Shown piece by piece: positions 9,878 through 21,307 of a stretch of DNA of 64,000 nucleotides. Where the stretch lies: assembly GCA_963830915.1 (NCBI GenBank), contig CAWHOE010000019.1, forward strand, positions 53,631 through 117,630, in the 5' to 3' direction. Source of the stretch: a candidate division FCPU426 bacterium. GTDB lineage: Bacteria; Oederibacteriota; Muellerivitia; Muellerivitales; Muellerivitaceae. Below the pieces are notes generated by a model, which saw only the letters and a program-made list of their open reading frames with translations, did not search any database and was not told where the DNA came from. Positions within the stretch are counted from its first letter, which is position 1. Each line of letters starts with the position of its first letter. Made by a program: the position numbers and the translations under genes.

Positions 9878-12149
9878 TTACTGGCCCGCTGAAGCCAATT
9901 CAAAACCATCCTTCAGGGTGTCGTCGGTCGAATCCTTGGCCACCCAAAGGTCGTATCGGCCTGGCTCGATCACATACTTACCCTTCTCGTTATAGAAACC
10001 GAGTTTCTGACCCGAGAGAATAAAGGTGACCGTCTTTGTCTCTCCTGGGGCGAGAGAGACCCTTTGGAAATCCATCAACTTCTTGACGGGCTGGGTGATG
10101 GAAGCCGCGCTGGTCCTATGGATGTAGAGCTGGACGATCTCGGTGCCGGCGGTTTTTCCGTTGTTGGTGATATCAGCCGTCACCTTGAGATTTCCCGAGG
10201 AGGAAAGGCTATTGGAGTCGAGGGCCAAGTGCGAGTAGTCGAAATGGGTGTAACTGAGGCCGAACCCAAAGGGGAATTGGGGTGTGTTGGGCGCGTCGAT
10301 ATATTTGGATTCCCATTTCTCCTTCCCCTGGGCCGGACGGCCGGTATTCATACGGGAATAATAGATGGGGATTCTGTCCTAGATTGCGGGGGAAGGTGAC
10401 GACCAGTTTGCCCGAGGGATTAGTATCCCCGAAGAGCACGTTGGCCACCGCGGCGCCATGTTGGGTCCCCAAAAACCAGGATTCTAGGATGGCGGGGATA
10501 TGATCCGTTTCCCAGGGGATGGTCAGGGGTTTTCCGTTCATCAAGACCAGAACTACGGGAACGCCCGTGGCTTGAACGGCCTTCACCAATTCTTCCTGAC
10601 GGCCCGGCAAGTCCAGGGAGGTGCGGCTGGCGGCCTCGCCGCTCATGTTCCTGGTCTCCCCCATCACAAGGATGGCGACCTGGGCCTGACGGGCCGTCTT
10701 GACCGCGTCATCCAGGACCGATTGGGGCGCGCTATTGTCATCCGGCGAGGGGCCGGGTGAATAAAGCACTTGGGTCTTGGGAGAGACCTTCGCCTTGATG
10801 CCGGCGAGGACCGTGGTCACTTTGTCCAAGGCGTCATCACCTCGGCAGGACCAGGAGCCCAGGGGATCCTTTTGGGAGTCGGCGAGAGTTCCGATCACCG
10901 CCACGGTTTTCAAGTCTTTGGATAGAGGAAGGGCGTTTTGGTCGTTCTTCAAAAGCACGATGGATTGTTCGGCCTCCTCCAGCGCTAAGGCCAGATTGGC
11001 CGGGGTCAAGGTCAATGAGTCCTCTTTGGCTTCGTCCGTGTAAGGGTTATCGAAAAGCCCCAACTCGTATTTGACCTTCAGGATGCGTCTGACGGCGTCA
11101 TCGATGAGGGCCGGTGAGATCTTCTTTTCCTTCACCAAGTCGGCCAGATTCTGCCCGTAAACGTTGGAGTGCATATCCATATCGACACCAGCCCGCAGAC
11201 CTTTCATGGCCGAGTCCTTGTCGTCGCTGGCGTAACCATGCTGGATCATCTGTTTGATGGACGCCCAATCCGAGACCACGAAGCCTTGGAATCCCCATTC
11301 GCCCTTGAGGATCTCTCGCAAGGTGTGCTGGTTGCCCGAGGTCGGAACGCCGTTGAGGTCATTGAAGGCGCTCATGAGGGTCCGAACACCCGCTTCCACG
11401 GCGGCCTTGAATGGAGGCAGATGGATGTCACGAAGGGTCACCTCGGACATATCGGTGGTGTTGTATTCGCGGCCCGATTCGGCCGCGCCATAACCCACGA
11501 AATGTTTGGCGCATGCGGCGATGGAACCAGGATTGCTTAGGGATTTTCCCTGAAATCCTCGTACCCTTGCCGCGGCAAGAACAGAACCTAAAGTCGGGTC
11601 CTCGCCCGAGCCTTCTGATATACGGCCCCAACGTGGTTCGCGAGAAACGTCAACCATGGGCGCGAAGGTCCAGCGCACTCCAGCGGCGGAAGCCTCGCTG
11701 GCCGCGACACCCTCACAGCGTTCCAGAAGTTCCGGGTCCCAGGCGCAATCCTCCGCCAGGGGAATGGGAAAAATGGTCTTGTAACCGTGGATCACGTCCA
11801 GCCCAAACAATAGAGGAATGTGGAGACGGGATCTTTCAACCGCGGACTTTTGATACTCGTTCGCGTTCTTGGCTCCGAAGACGTTCAGGAAGGAACCGAT
11901 CTTTCCCTCGCTCGCCGCGACTTTCATGGCGCCCTCGGTATCCTTCCAGGGGCTGAATTGGACCATCTGACCGATCTTTTCCTCGAGGGTCATTTTGGAT
12001 AAGAGGGCATTGACCTTGGCGTCGAGCGGGGAAAGGGAAGGCCTGGCTTTTTTCATGGGTGTTGGGACGGCAGGAGGAGTGTCCGCGAATACTCCGGGAG
12101 AAAGGAACCAACCGAGAGATAGGATCAACAGCGGGATTAGAATTTTCAT
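9878..12149 (-). CDS. bglX: GH3 beta-glucosidase (BglX-like, signal peptide, Fn3-like C-domain); 1-nt frameshift near 10372
   Basis: MTLEEKIGQ, GLDVIHG, RWGRISEGSGED, KHFVGYG, VVSDW. Downstream ORF has FPFGFGLSYT and EIVQLY. Removing one base restores GQIPIYYSRMNTGRP. Confidence 0.9.
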
Positions 12150-12305
12150 AAAGCCTCTTTCGTTAGGTTGGGATAATCCGGTGATTTTAACCGATGGCTT
12201 CTAGGTCGAAGAACAATTCTTGATAACAAAGTTATGCCCTTGCGGTTAACCTCTTGGGCGCGCTGATTTTGGAATCCTCCGTTAATATCCATGGGGTTTT
12301 TCGCA

Positions 12306-12334
12306 TTGACGCACCTTTTTGCCTATGACATACT
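12306..12334 (+). promoter_or_regulatory. Putative sigma70 promoter of the sugar ABC operon
   Basis: TTGACG, 17-bp spacer, CATACT with an extended TG; about 70 bp upstream of the SBP start. Confidence 0.55.
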
Positions 12335-12406
12335 GTAAAACACTTTGGGCCTTTTAACGTATCATCTGGCATCGGACGGTCCTATTTTTTAACCGGCGGA
12401 GGTTTT

Positions 12407-13702
12407 ATGAAAAAAATAAGTGTGTTGTTAGCGTTTTGTGCCTGCCTTTTCATTCTTTCCACCTGGGGAATTTCCGGTTGCGGTTCCCAAAGCAATGGTA
12501 CCAAGATCAAGATCTCTTCTTGGGGAGACCTTCAAGAGAACCAGATCCTCGTTGATCTCATCGCCGATTTCCAGAAAGCCCATCCTGACATCCAGGTCGA
12601 ACTGGAACGTATCCCTTTTGGTGAGTATGTCACCAAGCTGTTGACTCAGATCGCGGGAGGTTTGGCCCCGGACGTTATTTTCGTCGAGGTCAACAACTTC
12701 GTGGATCTTTTCCTTCGCGGGGCTTTAGAGCCCTTGAACCCCTATATCCAAGCCGATCATGTGGATCTGAGCGCCTATTATCCCCAGGTCCTGGACAGGT
12801 TCACAGTCGATACCCAAACCTACGTAGTACCGCGCGATACGGCCCCTATCGCGGTCATCTACTATAATAAGAAAGCCTTCGATGAGGCCGGCGTCGCTTA
12901 TCCCACCGATGATTGGACCTGGGAAGATTTCGTGGCGGCTGGCAAGAAAGTCATGAAGACCGACGCGAACGGGAAAGTGACCCGTTGGGGTTTCGTGGAC
13001 GATTGGCCGCTCTGGGATGAGTGGGTTTATGACGCGGGCGGAAGCTTTACCGACAATGTGAAGCACCCGACCAAGTGGACCTTCGCTATCGATCCGGATT
13101 CCTTGAAGGGTATCCAGTTCCGCACCGATTTGATGGATAAATACAAGATCATGTTGCCTCCCTCGGGCCTGTCGGCCATGGGCGGAATGGGTACCTCCGA
13201 TATGTTCATTAATGGAAGCGTGGCCATGTTCCTGTCTGGCATCTGGAAAACCCCGACCTTCCGCAACATCAAGGACTTCAAGTGGGATGTGGTGATGTTC
13301 CCGAAAGGGCCCCATGGCTATCGGGCTTTCTCCACGGGCGGCTCGGGCTATGGCATTCTGAATTCTTCCAAACATAAAAAAGAAGCCTGGGAACTGGTGA
13401 AGTTCATTTCCGGCGAGGAAGGGGCCAAGAAGTTGGCCGCCACTGGATTGGCCCAACCGGCCATCATGAGCGTTTCCAATTCTCCTCTCTTCCTGGATGG
13501 GCAAGACCCGAAGAACAAGAAGATGCTTTTGGAAGCCATGAAATACGTGAAATACAATCCGATGTGCAAGAATTGGTTCGAGGTCCATGACAGCGTCATT
13601 GGTCCTGAGTTGGACAAGGTCTGGAACGGGACCGAGACTCCCGCCGAGGCCATGGACAAGCTCAAACCGGTTCTCGAAAAAAACGTTCCTCAAACGAAGT
13701 AA
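12407..13702 (+). CDS. Carbohydrate ABC transporter substrate-binding lipoprotein (CUT1)
   Basis: Lipobox-like ISGC, APDV, YYNKKAFDEAG, WTWEDF, KEAWELVKF; GGAGG RBS. Confidence 0.92.
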   Translation: MKKISVLLAFCACLFILSTWGISGCGSQSNGTKIKISSWGDLQENQILVDLIADFQKAHPDIQVELERIPFGEYVTKLLTQIAGGLAPDVIFVEVNNFVDLFLRGALEPLNPYIQADHVDLSAYYPQVLDRFTVDTQTYVVPRDTAPIAVIYYNKKAFDEAGVAYPTDDWTWEDFVAAGKKVMKTDANGKVTRWGFVDDWPLWDEWVYDAGGSFTDNVKHPTKWTFAIDPDSLKGIQFRTDLMDKYKIMLPPSGLSAMGGMGTSDMFINGSVAMFLSGIWKTPTFRNIKDFKWDVVMFPKGPHGYRAFSTGGSGYGILNSSKHKKEAWELVKFISGEEGAKKLAATGLAQPAIMSVSNSPLFLDGQDPKNKKMLLEAMKYVKYNPMCKNWFEVHDSVIGPELDKVWNGTETPAEAMDKLKPVLEKNVPQTK

Positions 13703-13720
13703 TCCAAGAGGTCCAAGGAG

Positions 13721-14641
13721 ATGCGGAAAATGACATCGGCCGAACGAAAAGAAGCCATCAGCGCCTTCGTATTCATATCGCCGTTCTTGATCTGGATGGT
13801 GTTCTTGATGGGAGGCCCCATCCTGGCGGCTTTCTTCCTGTCGTTCTGTAAATGGGATATCCTCACTCCCATCCAGTTCGTGGGGTTGGACAACTATAAG
13901 GAAATGTTCTTCAACGACGCGCGTTTCTGGAAGGCCCTGTTCAACACCGGTTATTACACCTTGCTATCCGTGCCCATCGGCTTGGTGCTTTCCATCGTGG
14001 TGGCCATCCTGATGAACCAAAAGGTCAAGGGCATCGCCCTTTATCGGACCATCTATTATCTGCCTTCGGTCGTCGGGTCGGGTGTGGCGATGGCGGTCCT
14101 TTGGAAATGGATCTTCAACGCCGATCATGGCCTTTTGAATTATATGATCTCTTTCCTCACGACCATACCCATGGCGGATTGCCCCAAGTGGCTCGCGGAT
14201 GAGACCTGGAGCAAGCCAGCCCTTATCATCATGAGTCTCTGGGGTGTGGGTTCGGGTATGATCATCTACTTGGCGGGGTTGCAAGGTATCCCGACAGCGC
14301 TCTATGAGGCGGCTGAGATCGACGGCGCGAGCCGTTGGCAACAGCTTTGGGCGGTCACCCTGCCCGGACTTTCCCCGGTCATCTTCTTCCAGTTGATCAT
14401 CAGCATCGTGGGTTCCTTCCAGATCTTCAACCAAGTTTATGTCATGACGGATGGGTTGGGCGGTCCGGCCGATTCCACCCTGGTCATGGTCCTTTACATC
14501 TATCAGAAGGCCTTCAAGTATTACCAGATGGGTTACGCCTCGGCGCTTTCATGGGTGCTCTTCATCGTCATCATGTTGGCTTCCTGGCTGCAGTTCAAGT
14601 ATTCCAAGTGGGTCTATTACGAAGGCGAACTCCGCAAATAG
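13721..14641 (+). CDS. Carbohydrate ABC transporter permease 1
   Basis: FVGLDNY, EAA loop LYEAAEIDGAS, MGYASA. Confidence 0.93.
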   Translation: MRKMTSAERKEAISAFVFISPFLIWMVFLMGGPILAAFFLSFCKWDILTPIQFVGLDNYKEMFFNDARFWKALFNTGYYTLLSVPIGLVLSIVVAILMNQKVKGIALYRTIYYLPSVVGSGVAMAVLWKWIFNADHGLLNYMISFLTTIPMADCPKWLADETWSKPALIIMSLWGVGSGMIIYLAGLQGIPTALYEAAEIDGASRWQQLWAVTLPGLSPVIFFQLIISIVGSFQIFNQVYVMTDGLGGPADSTLVMVLYIYQKAFKYYQMGYASALSWVLFIVIMLASWLQFKYSKWVYYEGELRK

Positions 14642-14642
14642 G

Positions 14643-15622
14643 ATGGAAAAAATGAGCGAAAATTCTTTGGCAGTCTCCCCGGCTGGGGGTTTTTGGGCCA
14701 GCAAGAAGAAGATCGAGAGATACACCAGGATATTCACCTTCATCGTCCTGGGTATCGGCGCGATCACCATGCTTTTCCCGATCGTTTGGATGATCTCCAC
14801 TTCCTTCAAGGAAGCCACCCAGGTTTTCGCCATTCCGCCGGTTTGGATCCCGAACCCGCTCCATTGGGAAAATTACCCCAAGGCTTGGAACATTTCGGGG
14901 ATGTACTCCAGCGATATTTCCGGTTTCCTGTCCGGGTTCTACACTTCGGATGACGGCGCATTCCTGGGCATCAAGTTCCAGGGCATCAATTTCACCACCT
15001 ATTTTTTCAACACGCTCACCATTTCGGTCCTGAGCTGCTTGGGAACCACGATTTCCTCCTCGGTGGTGGCCTTCGCTTTCGCCCGCCTTCGTTTCCCGGG
15101 ACGCGGTCCCTTGTTCCTCCTGTGCCTGGCCACCATGATGGTCCCGCCCCAGGTCACCATGATCCCGTCCTTCATCCTCTTCAAGAGCATCGGCTGGTAC
15201 AACACCTTCTATCCTTTGATCGTCCCGGCGTTCCTGGGCGGCGGCGCTTACAACATCTTCCTGATGCGCCAGTTCTTCATGAGCATCCCTTATGAAATGG
15301 ACGAGGCGGCCAAGATCGACGGATGCACGGACCTGGGGGTCTATTGGCGGATCCTGATGCCCCTTTGCAAACCGGCCTTGACCACCGTCGCGGTCTTTTC
15401 CTTCGTCTGGAATTGGAACGACTTCTTGAATCCCTTGATCTACCTGGATTCCAACAGCAAGAAACCCTGGCCCTGGGGTTGACCAACTTCGTCTCCCTAT
15501 ACGGGCAGGATTACCACCTCTTGATGGCGGCTTCGCTCATCATCTCTTTCCCCATCGTCTTGATGTTCCTGGTCGGACAAAGGTACTTCATCCAAGGTAT
15601 CGCGACCACGGGCCTCAAATAA
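14643..15622 (+). CDS. Carbohydrate ABC transporter permease 2; 1-nt frameshift near 15463
   Basis: FAFARLRFPGR, EAAKIDG, WNWNDFL. C-terminus TLALGL...QRYFIQGIATTGLK lies in the next frame and is restored by adding one A. Confidence 0.9.
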
Positions 15623-15640
15623 GTCAACTCGAAGAATCAC

Positions 15641-15680
15641 GAGCCCTTGCCCCGGAGTTTGGCGCGAGGGCTTTTGTTTT
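15641..15680 (+). terminator. Rho-independent terminator
   Basis: AGCCCTTGC...GCGAGGGCT stem followed by TTTGTTTT. Confidence 0.65.
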
Positions 15681-15830
15681 AAAGGATCGTTGAAAAGCGC
15701 TGAACACTGTTGAAAAGAAGCGAACAACACCCACCCAACACTTTAAGATAACCCCAAAATTCATCGGCGTTCACACGCTTGGTTTCGTTGAATCAGGGAA
15801 GTTTTTTCAAACAAAAAAAGGAGATTTGGA

Positions 15831-17000
15831 ATGAAGAACACGCTTTCCCCGCTGGGCAAGGAGAAGTTTTTCTTCACGTCGGAGTCCGTCACCGAAGGAC
15901 ATCCGGACAAGGTCGCGGACGCTATCTCGGACGGTATCCTGGACGCCTGCTTGAAACAGGACCCTATGAGCCGGGTTGCCTGCGAGACGCTGCTGACCTG
16001 TAACTGGGTGGTGGTGGCCGGAGAGATCACGACCAACGCGTCGGTGAACTGGCCCCAGGTCATCCGGGACACGATCCGCAAGATCGGCTATACGGACGCC
16101 AAGGCCGGGTTGGACGCCGACACCGCCGGGGTCTCGGTCGCCATTAACCGCCAATCGCCTGACATCGCCATGGGCGTGGACACGGGCGGAGCGGGGGACC
16201 AGGGCATGATGTTCGGGTTCGCCTGCCGCGAAACACCCGAATTGATGCCCCTTCCCATCATGCTGGCCCACCGCCTGGTCGAGAAATTGGCCCAGGTCCG
16301 CAAGTCCAAGAAACTCACTTATCTCAGGCCGGACGGCAAGAGCCAGGTGTCGGTGGAATACATCGGCGGGAAGCCGGTACGCGTGGACGCGGTGGTCGTT
16401 TCCACCCAGCACGCCCCGATCAACCAGGCCAAACTGAAGGCCGACATCATCCGTCACGTCATCCGGCCGGTCATCCCGACCCGCATGATCGACAGCAAGA
16501 CCAAGATCTTCGTCAACCCGACCGGCCGTTTTGAGATCGGCGGGCCCTTGGGCGACACAGGCCTCACCGGCCGTAAGATCATCGTGGACACCTACGGCGG
16601 CTACGGCCGTCACGGCGGCGGGGCTTTCTCAGGCAAAGACCCCTCCAAGGTCGACCGCTCGGCGGCTTACGCGGCCCGTTGGGTCGCCAAGAATATCGTG
16701 GCGGCGGGATTGGCCGACCAGTGCGAGGTGCAGATCTCGTACGCCATCGGCGTGGCCCAGCCCACCAGCGTTCTGGTGAACACCTTCGGGACCGGGCGCC
16801 TGCCGGAAGAGCAGATCACCCAGTTGGTGCGCAAGTTCTTCGACTTGACGCCGCGGGGCATCATGAAGGCGCTCAACCTTCGCCGTCCGATCTACCAGAA
16901 GACGGCCGCCTACGGCCACTTCGGCCGCAAGGACAAGGATTTCACCTGGGAAAAGACCGACAAGGCCGCCCAGCTTCGCAAAGCCGCAAAATTGAAATAG
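15831..17000 (+). CDS. metK: S-adenosylmethionine synthetase
   Basis: [43 protein letters not shown]. Confidence 0.98.
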   Translation: MKNTLSPLGKEKFFFTSESVTEGHPDKVADAISDGILDACLKQDPMSRVACETLLTCNWVVVAGEITTNASVNWPQVIRDTIRKIGYTDAKAGLDADTAGVSVAINRQSPDIAMGVDTGGAGDQGMMFGFACRETPELMPLPIMLAHRLVEKLAQVRKSKKLTYLRPDGKSQVSVEYIGGKPVRVDAVVVSTQHAPINQAKLKADIIRHVIRPVIPTRMIDSKTKIFVNPTGRFEIGGPLGDTGLTGRKIIVDTYGGYGRHGGGAFSGKDPSKVDRSAAYAARWVAKNIVAAGLADQCEVQISYAIGVAQPTSVLVNTFGTGRLPEEQITQLVRKFFDLTPRGIMKALNLRRPIYQKTAAYGHFGRKDKDFTWEKTDKAAQLRKAAKLK

Positions 17001-17008
17001 TGTTTTTC

Positions 17009-17066
17009 AACCACCAAGACGCCGATGTTCGGGAAATTCCCGGAACCAACGGTGATCTTGGTGGTT
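17009..17066. repeat. Intergenic palindrome with AACCACCAAG...CTTGGTGGTT ends (short member of the dispersed repeat family)
   Basis: Long imperfect hairpin whose ends match the repeats at 29588 and 32229. Confidence 0.75.
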
Positions 17067-17092
17067 CATCTTTTTAGGGAGGAATTTTTTAA

Positions 17093-18349
<1,257 letters not shown>

Positions 18350-18373
18350 TCCTAGGCTCCATGTTTATGTGAT

Positions 18374-18404
18374 AAGGCGGGCCCTTCCCGGGCCCGCCTT
18401 TTTT
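18374..18404 (+). terminator. Rho-independent terminator after ahcY
   Basis: GGCGGGCCC-ttccc-GGGCCCGCC followed by a T-run. Confidence 0.85.
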
Positions 18405-18522
18405 GTTTGCGGGCACCTCAAAAAATCCCCTTTTTGTTTTTTGGTATTAAAAAATAAGACTTTCGCGGTGAATTATTCGAAGTCTTCTTAGGGTTTTGTC
18501 TTTGTTTTTCTTGGTGCCCTTG

Positions 18523-18598
18523 TGCCGATTTCCAAAATGAACCGATATGGAAATCGGTACTATACCGACCTCCTTAATTGTTTAGTTGAAGGTCGGCA
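18523..18598 (-). mobile_element. 76-bp double-hairpin mini-insertion, copy 1
   Basis: Interrupts CTTGGTGCCCTTG|GTGGTTCAA (intact copy at 32367-32388), with TG on both sides; two adjacent hairpins. Confidence 0.7.
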
Positions 18599-18663
18599 TG
18601 GTGGTTCAATCGCCGTTATTAGGTTTATAATCGTCGGGTCTGAAAAACACCCTGGAGGAAACG

Positions 18664-19674
18664 ATGCCATCTAGAACCCTCGCGCTTTTATCCCTTTGCC
18701 TCATCATCCTCGCCGGCTGCGCCAAATCCCCGGGCGGGAACGGCCCCAAGATCGGGCTTTCGCTGGATACCCTCAAGGAAGAACGCTGGCAGCATGACCG
18801 GGACCTGTTCGTGGCCAGGGCCAAGGAACTGGGGGTCGAGGTGCTGGTGCAGGCCTCCAACTCCAACGACGCCCTTCAGAACAACCAGGCGGAGAATCTC
18901 CTGACCCAGGGCGTGAAGGTGCTGGTGGTGGTGCCGCACAACGGCAAGAGCGCGGCGACCATCGTGGACTCGGCGCACAAGGCGGGCGTGCCCGTCATCG
19001 CCTATGACCGCCTCATCAACGACAGCGACCTGGACCTGTATATTTCCTTCGATAACGTGAAGGTCGGGGAACTGCAGGCTTCCTATCTGGTGGACCGCAA
19101 GCCCAAGGGCAATTACGTATTGATCGGCGGTGCCCCCACGGACAATAACGCCAAGCTGTTCCGCCAGGGCCAGATGAACGTCCTGAAACCCTACATCGAC
19201 CGGGGCGATATCAAGGTCGTCGGCGACCAATGGGCCAACGACTGGCTGCCGGTGGAAGCCCTCAAGATCATGGAGAACGCCCTCACCCGCAACAACAACC
19301 AGGTGGACGCGGTGGTGGTCTCCAACGACGGCACGGCGGGCGGCGCCATCCAGGCCCTGGCCGAACAGAAACTGGCGGGAAAGGTGCTGGTTTCGGGTCA
19401 GGACGCCGACCTGGCGGGATGCCAGAGGATCGTGGCGGGCACCCAGAGCATGACGGTCTACAAGCCCATCCTGAAGCTGGCCAACCTGGCCGCCGAGGTG
19501 GCGGTGATGATGGCCAAGGGCCAACCCCTCACCGAGAAGACCACCACGGTCAATAACGGGAAAAAGGACGTTCCCAGCATCCTCATCCCGCCGGTCCAGG
19601 TGGACAAGGCCAACCTGGATTCGACGGTCATCGCCGACGGCTACCAGAAAAAAGAGGAAGTTTACAAAAAATAG
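18664..19674 (+). CDS. xylF: D-xylose ABC transporter substrate-binding lipoprotein
   Basis: LAGC lipobox, ERWQHDRDLF, AYDRLI, YISFDN, APTDNNA, SGQDAD, TVYKP. Confidence 0.92.
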   Translation: MPSRTLALLSLCLIILAGCAKSPGGNGPKIGLSLDTLKEERWQHDRDLFVARAKELGVEVLVQASNSNDALQNNQAENLLTQGVKVLVVVPHNGKSAATIVDSAHKAGVPVIAYDRLINDSDLDLYISFDNVKVGELQASYLVDRKPKGNYVLIGGAPTDNNAKLFRQGQMNVLKPYIDRGDIKVVGDQWANDWLPVEALKIMENALTRNNNQVDAVVVSNDGTAGGAIQALAEQKLAGKVLVSGQDADLAGCQRIVAGTQSMTVYKPILKLANLAAEVAVMMAKGQPLTEKTTTVNNGKKDVPSILIPPVQVDKANLDSTVIADGYQKKEEVYKK

Positions 19675-19783
19675 TTCTAAGTTCTGAGTTGGCAGTTTTA
19701 AGTTGAAGGTATAACCGGAATAACCGCCGATGAGTTATGTTTGATTACCCGAACTTAGAACTCAACACTCAGAACTCAAAACT
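19673..19783. repeat. Inverted pair of 7-bp-period tandem repeats (AGTTCTG / CAGAACT type)
   Basis: AGTTCTAAGTTCTGAGTTGGCAGTTTTAAGTT ... AACTTAGAACTCAACACTCAGAACTCAAAACT fills the xylF-xylG gap. Confidence 0.8.
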
Positions 19784-21307
19784 TTGGAGCGCCCATTGCC
19801 ACTACTGGAACTTCGAAACATCACCAAGGATTTTCCGGGTGTCCGGGCCCTGGATGGTGTTTCCTTCGATCTTGAAAAAGGGGAAGTGCACGCCCTTTGC
19901 GGCGAGAACGGGGCGGGCAAAAGCACCCTCATCAAGGTCCTCTGCGGTTATTACCCTTTTGGCTCCTGGGGCGGGGAAGTCCTATTGGACGGCCAGCCGA
20001 TCCATTTCATGAACCTGCGGGACTCGGAAGACAAGGGCATCGCCCTCATCGCCCAAGAATTGGCGATGGTCCCGGGTCTCTCCGCCGCTGAAAACCTGAT
20101 GCTGGGCCGGGAACCGGTCAAGAACGGCATGATCCAATGGGACCGGGTGAGGGAAGAGGTTCGGAAGGCTTTCGAACTGGTGGGGCTTGAGATCGACCCG
20201 GATATGCCGGTTAGGGAACTGGGCGTGGGCCAACAGCAGATGATCGAGATCGCCAAAGCCCTTTCCAAGAAAGCCCGCATCCTGGTCCTGGACGAGCCCA
20301 CCGCGGCCTTGTCCGATGTGGACGCCAAACGCCTGCTTCAATTGCTCCACCAGCTCCGTTCGCAAGGCGTCTCCTCCATCTATATCAGCCACCGCCTGGA
20401 AGAGGTCTCCGGCATCGCCGACCGGGTGACGGTCCTTCGGGACGGCAGGTCCATCGTGACCGCTCCCTCCTCCCAACTTTCCCGGGACCAGATCATCGGC
20501 CACATGGTCGGGCGCAAAGTGGAGAACCTCTATCCCCGGCCCCAGACCCAGGCGGGGAAAACCCTCCTATCGGTCAAGGACCTGCGGGTGGAGGATCCGG
20601 CCAATCCGGGCAGGTTCGTGGTGGACGGCGTTTCTTTCGACCTTCGCGCCGGGGAAGTGTTGGGCCTGGCGGGGCTGATGGGGGCGGGACGCACGGCCCT
20701 GGTCTCCTCCCTCTTCGGGGCGGCCAAGGGAAAGGCCTCGGCCCAGGTCGAGGTCGGCGGAAAGTCAGGCCTCCTGTTCAGGTCCCCCCGGGAAGCGGTC
20801 GAGGCGGGGCTGGCCCTGGTCAGCGAGGACCGCAAACGCTACGGCCTGGTATTGGAATCCTCCATCGAGGAGAACCTCATCCTGGCCTCCATGGGCCGAC
20901 TGGTCAAAGGCGGTTTCATCGATGGGGAAGCGGCTCGGCGGGAAAGCCAGGGGCAAGTGGACTCCCTGCGGGTCAAGACCCCAAGTCTCAACACCTGGGC
21001 CAACAAGCTGTCGGGGGGCAACCAGCAAAAAGTGGTCCTGGGCAAATGGCTCATGACCGCCCCCCAAGTCCTGCTTTTGGACGAGCCCACCCGGGGCATC
21101 GATGTGGGCGCCAAGGCCGAGATCTACGAGTTGATCGGGCAATTGGCCAAGAAGGGGATGGGCATCCTGTTGGTTTCTTCCGACCTTCCGGAACTGTTGG
21201 GGTTAAGCCACAGGCTGATCGTCCTGAGCGCCGGAAAAATGACGGCCAAGCTGGAAGCGGCGGAAGCCATGCCGGAAAAAGTCATGGCCGCGGCGGTGAG
21301 CCATTGA
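19784..21307 (+). CDS. xylG: Xylose ABC transporter ATP-binding protein (tandem NBD)
   Basis: GENGAGKS, LDEPT, LSGGNQQK, DEPTRGIDVGAK. TTG start uncertain. Confidence 0.92.
   Translation: MERPLPLLELRNITKDFPGVRALDGVSFDLEKGEVHALCGENGAGKSTLIKVLCGYYPFGSWGGEVLLDGQPIHFMNLRDSEDKGIALIAQELAMVPGLSAAENLMLGREPVKNGMIQWDRVREEVRKAFELVGLEIDPDMPVRELGVGQQQMIEIAKALSKKARILVLDEPTAALSDVDAKRLLQLLHQLRSQGVSSIYISHRLEEVSGIADRVTVLRDGRSIVTAPSSQLSRDQIIGHMVGRKVENLYPRPQTQAGKTLLSVKDLRVEDPANPGRFVVDGVSFDLRAGEVLGLAGLMGAGRTALVSSLFGAAKGKASAQVEVGGKSGLLFRSPREAVEAGLALVSEDRKRYGLVLESSIEENLILASMGRLVKGGFIDGEAARRESQGQVDSLRVKTPSLNTWANKLSGGNQQKVVLGKWLMTAPQVLLLDEPTRGIDVGAKAEIYELIGQLAKKGMGILLVSSDLPELLGLSHRLIVLSAGKMTAKLEAAEAMPEKVMAAAVSH

Noticed and set aside
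15681..15830. SAM riboswitch upstream of metK (and SAH riboswitch upstream of ahcY)
   Set aside because: No SAM-I/II or SAH consensus recognised; the metK-ahcY gap is occupied by a repeat-family hairpin.
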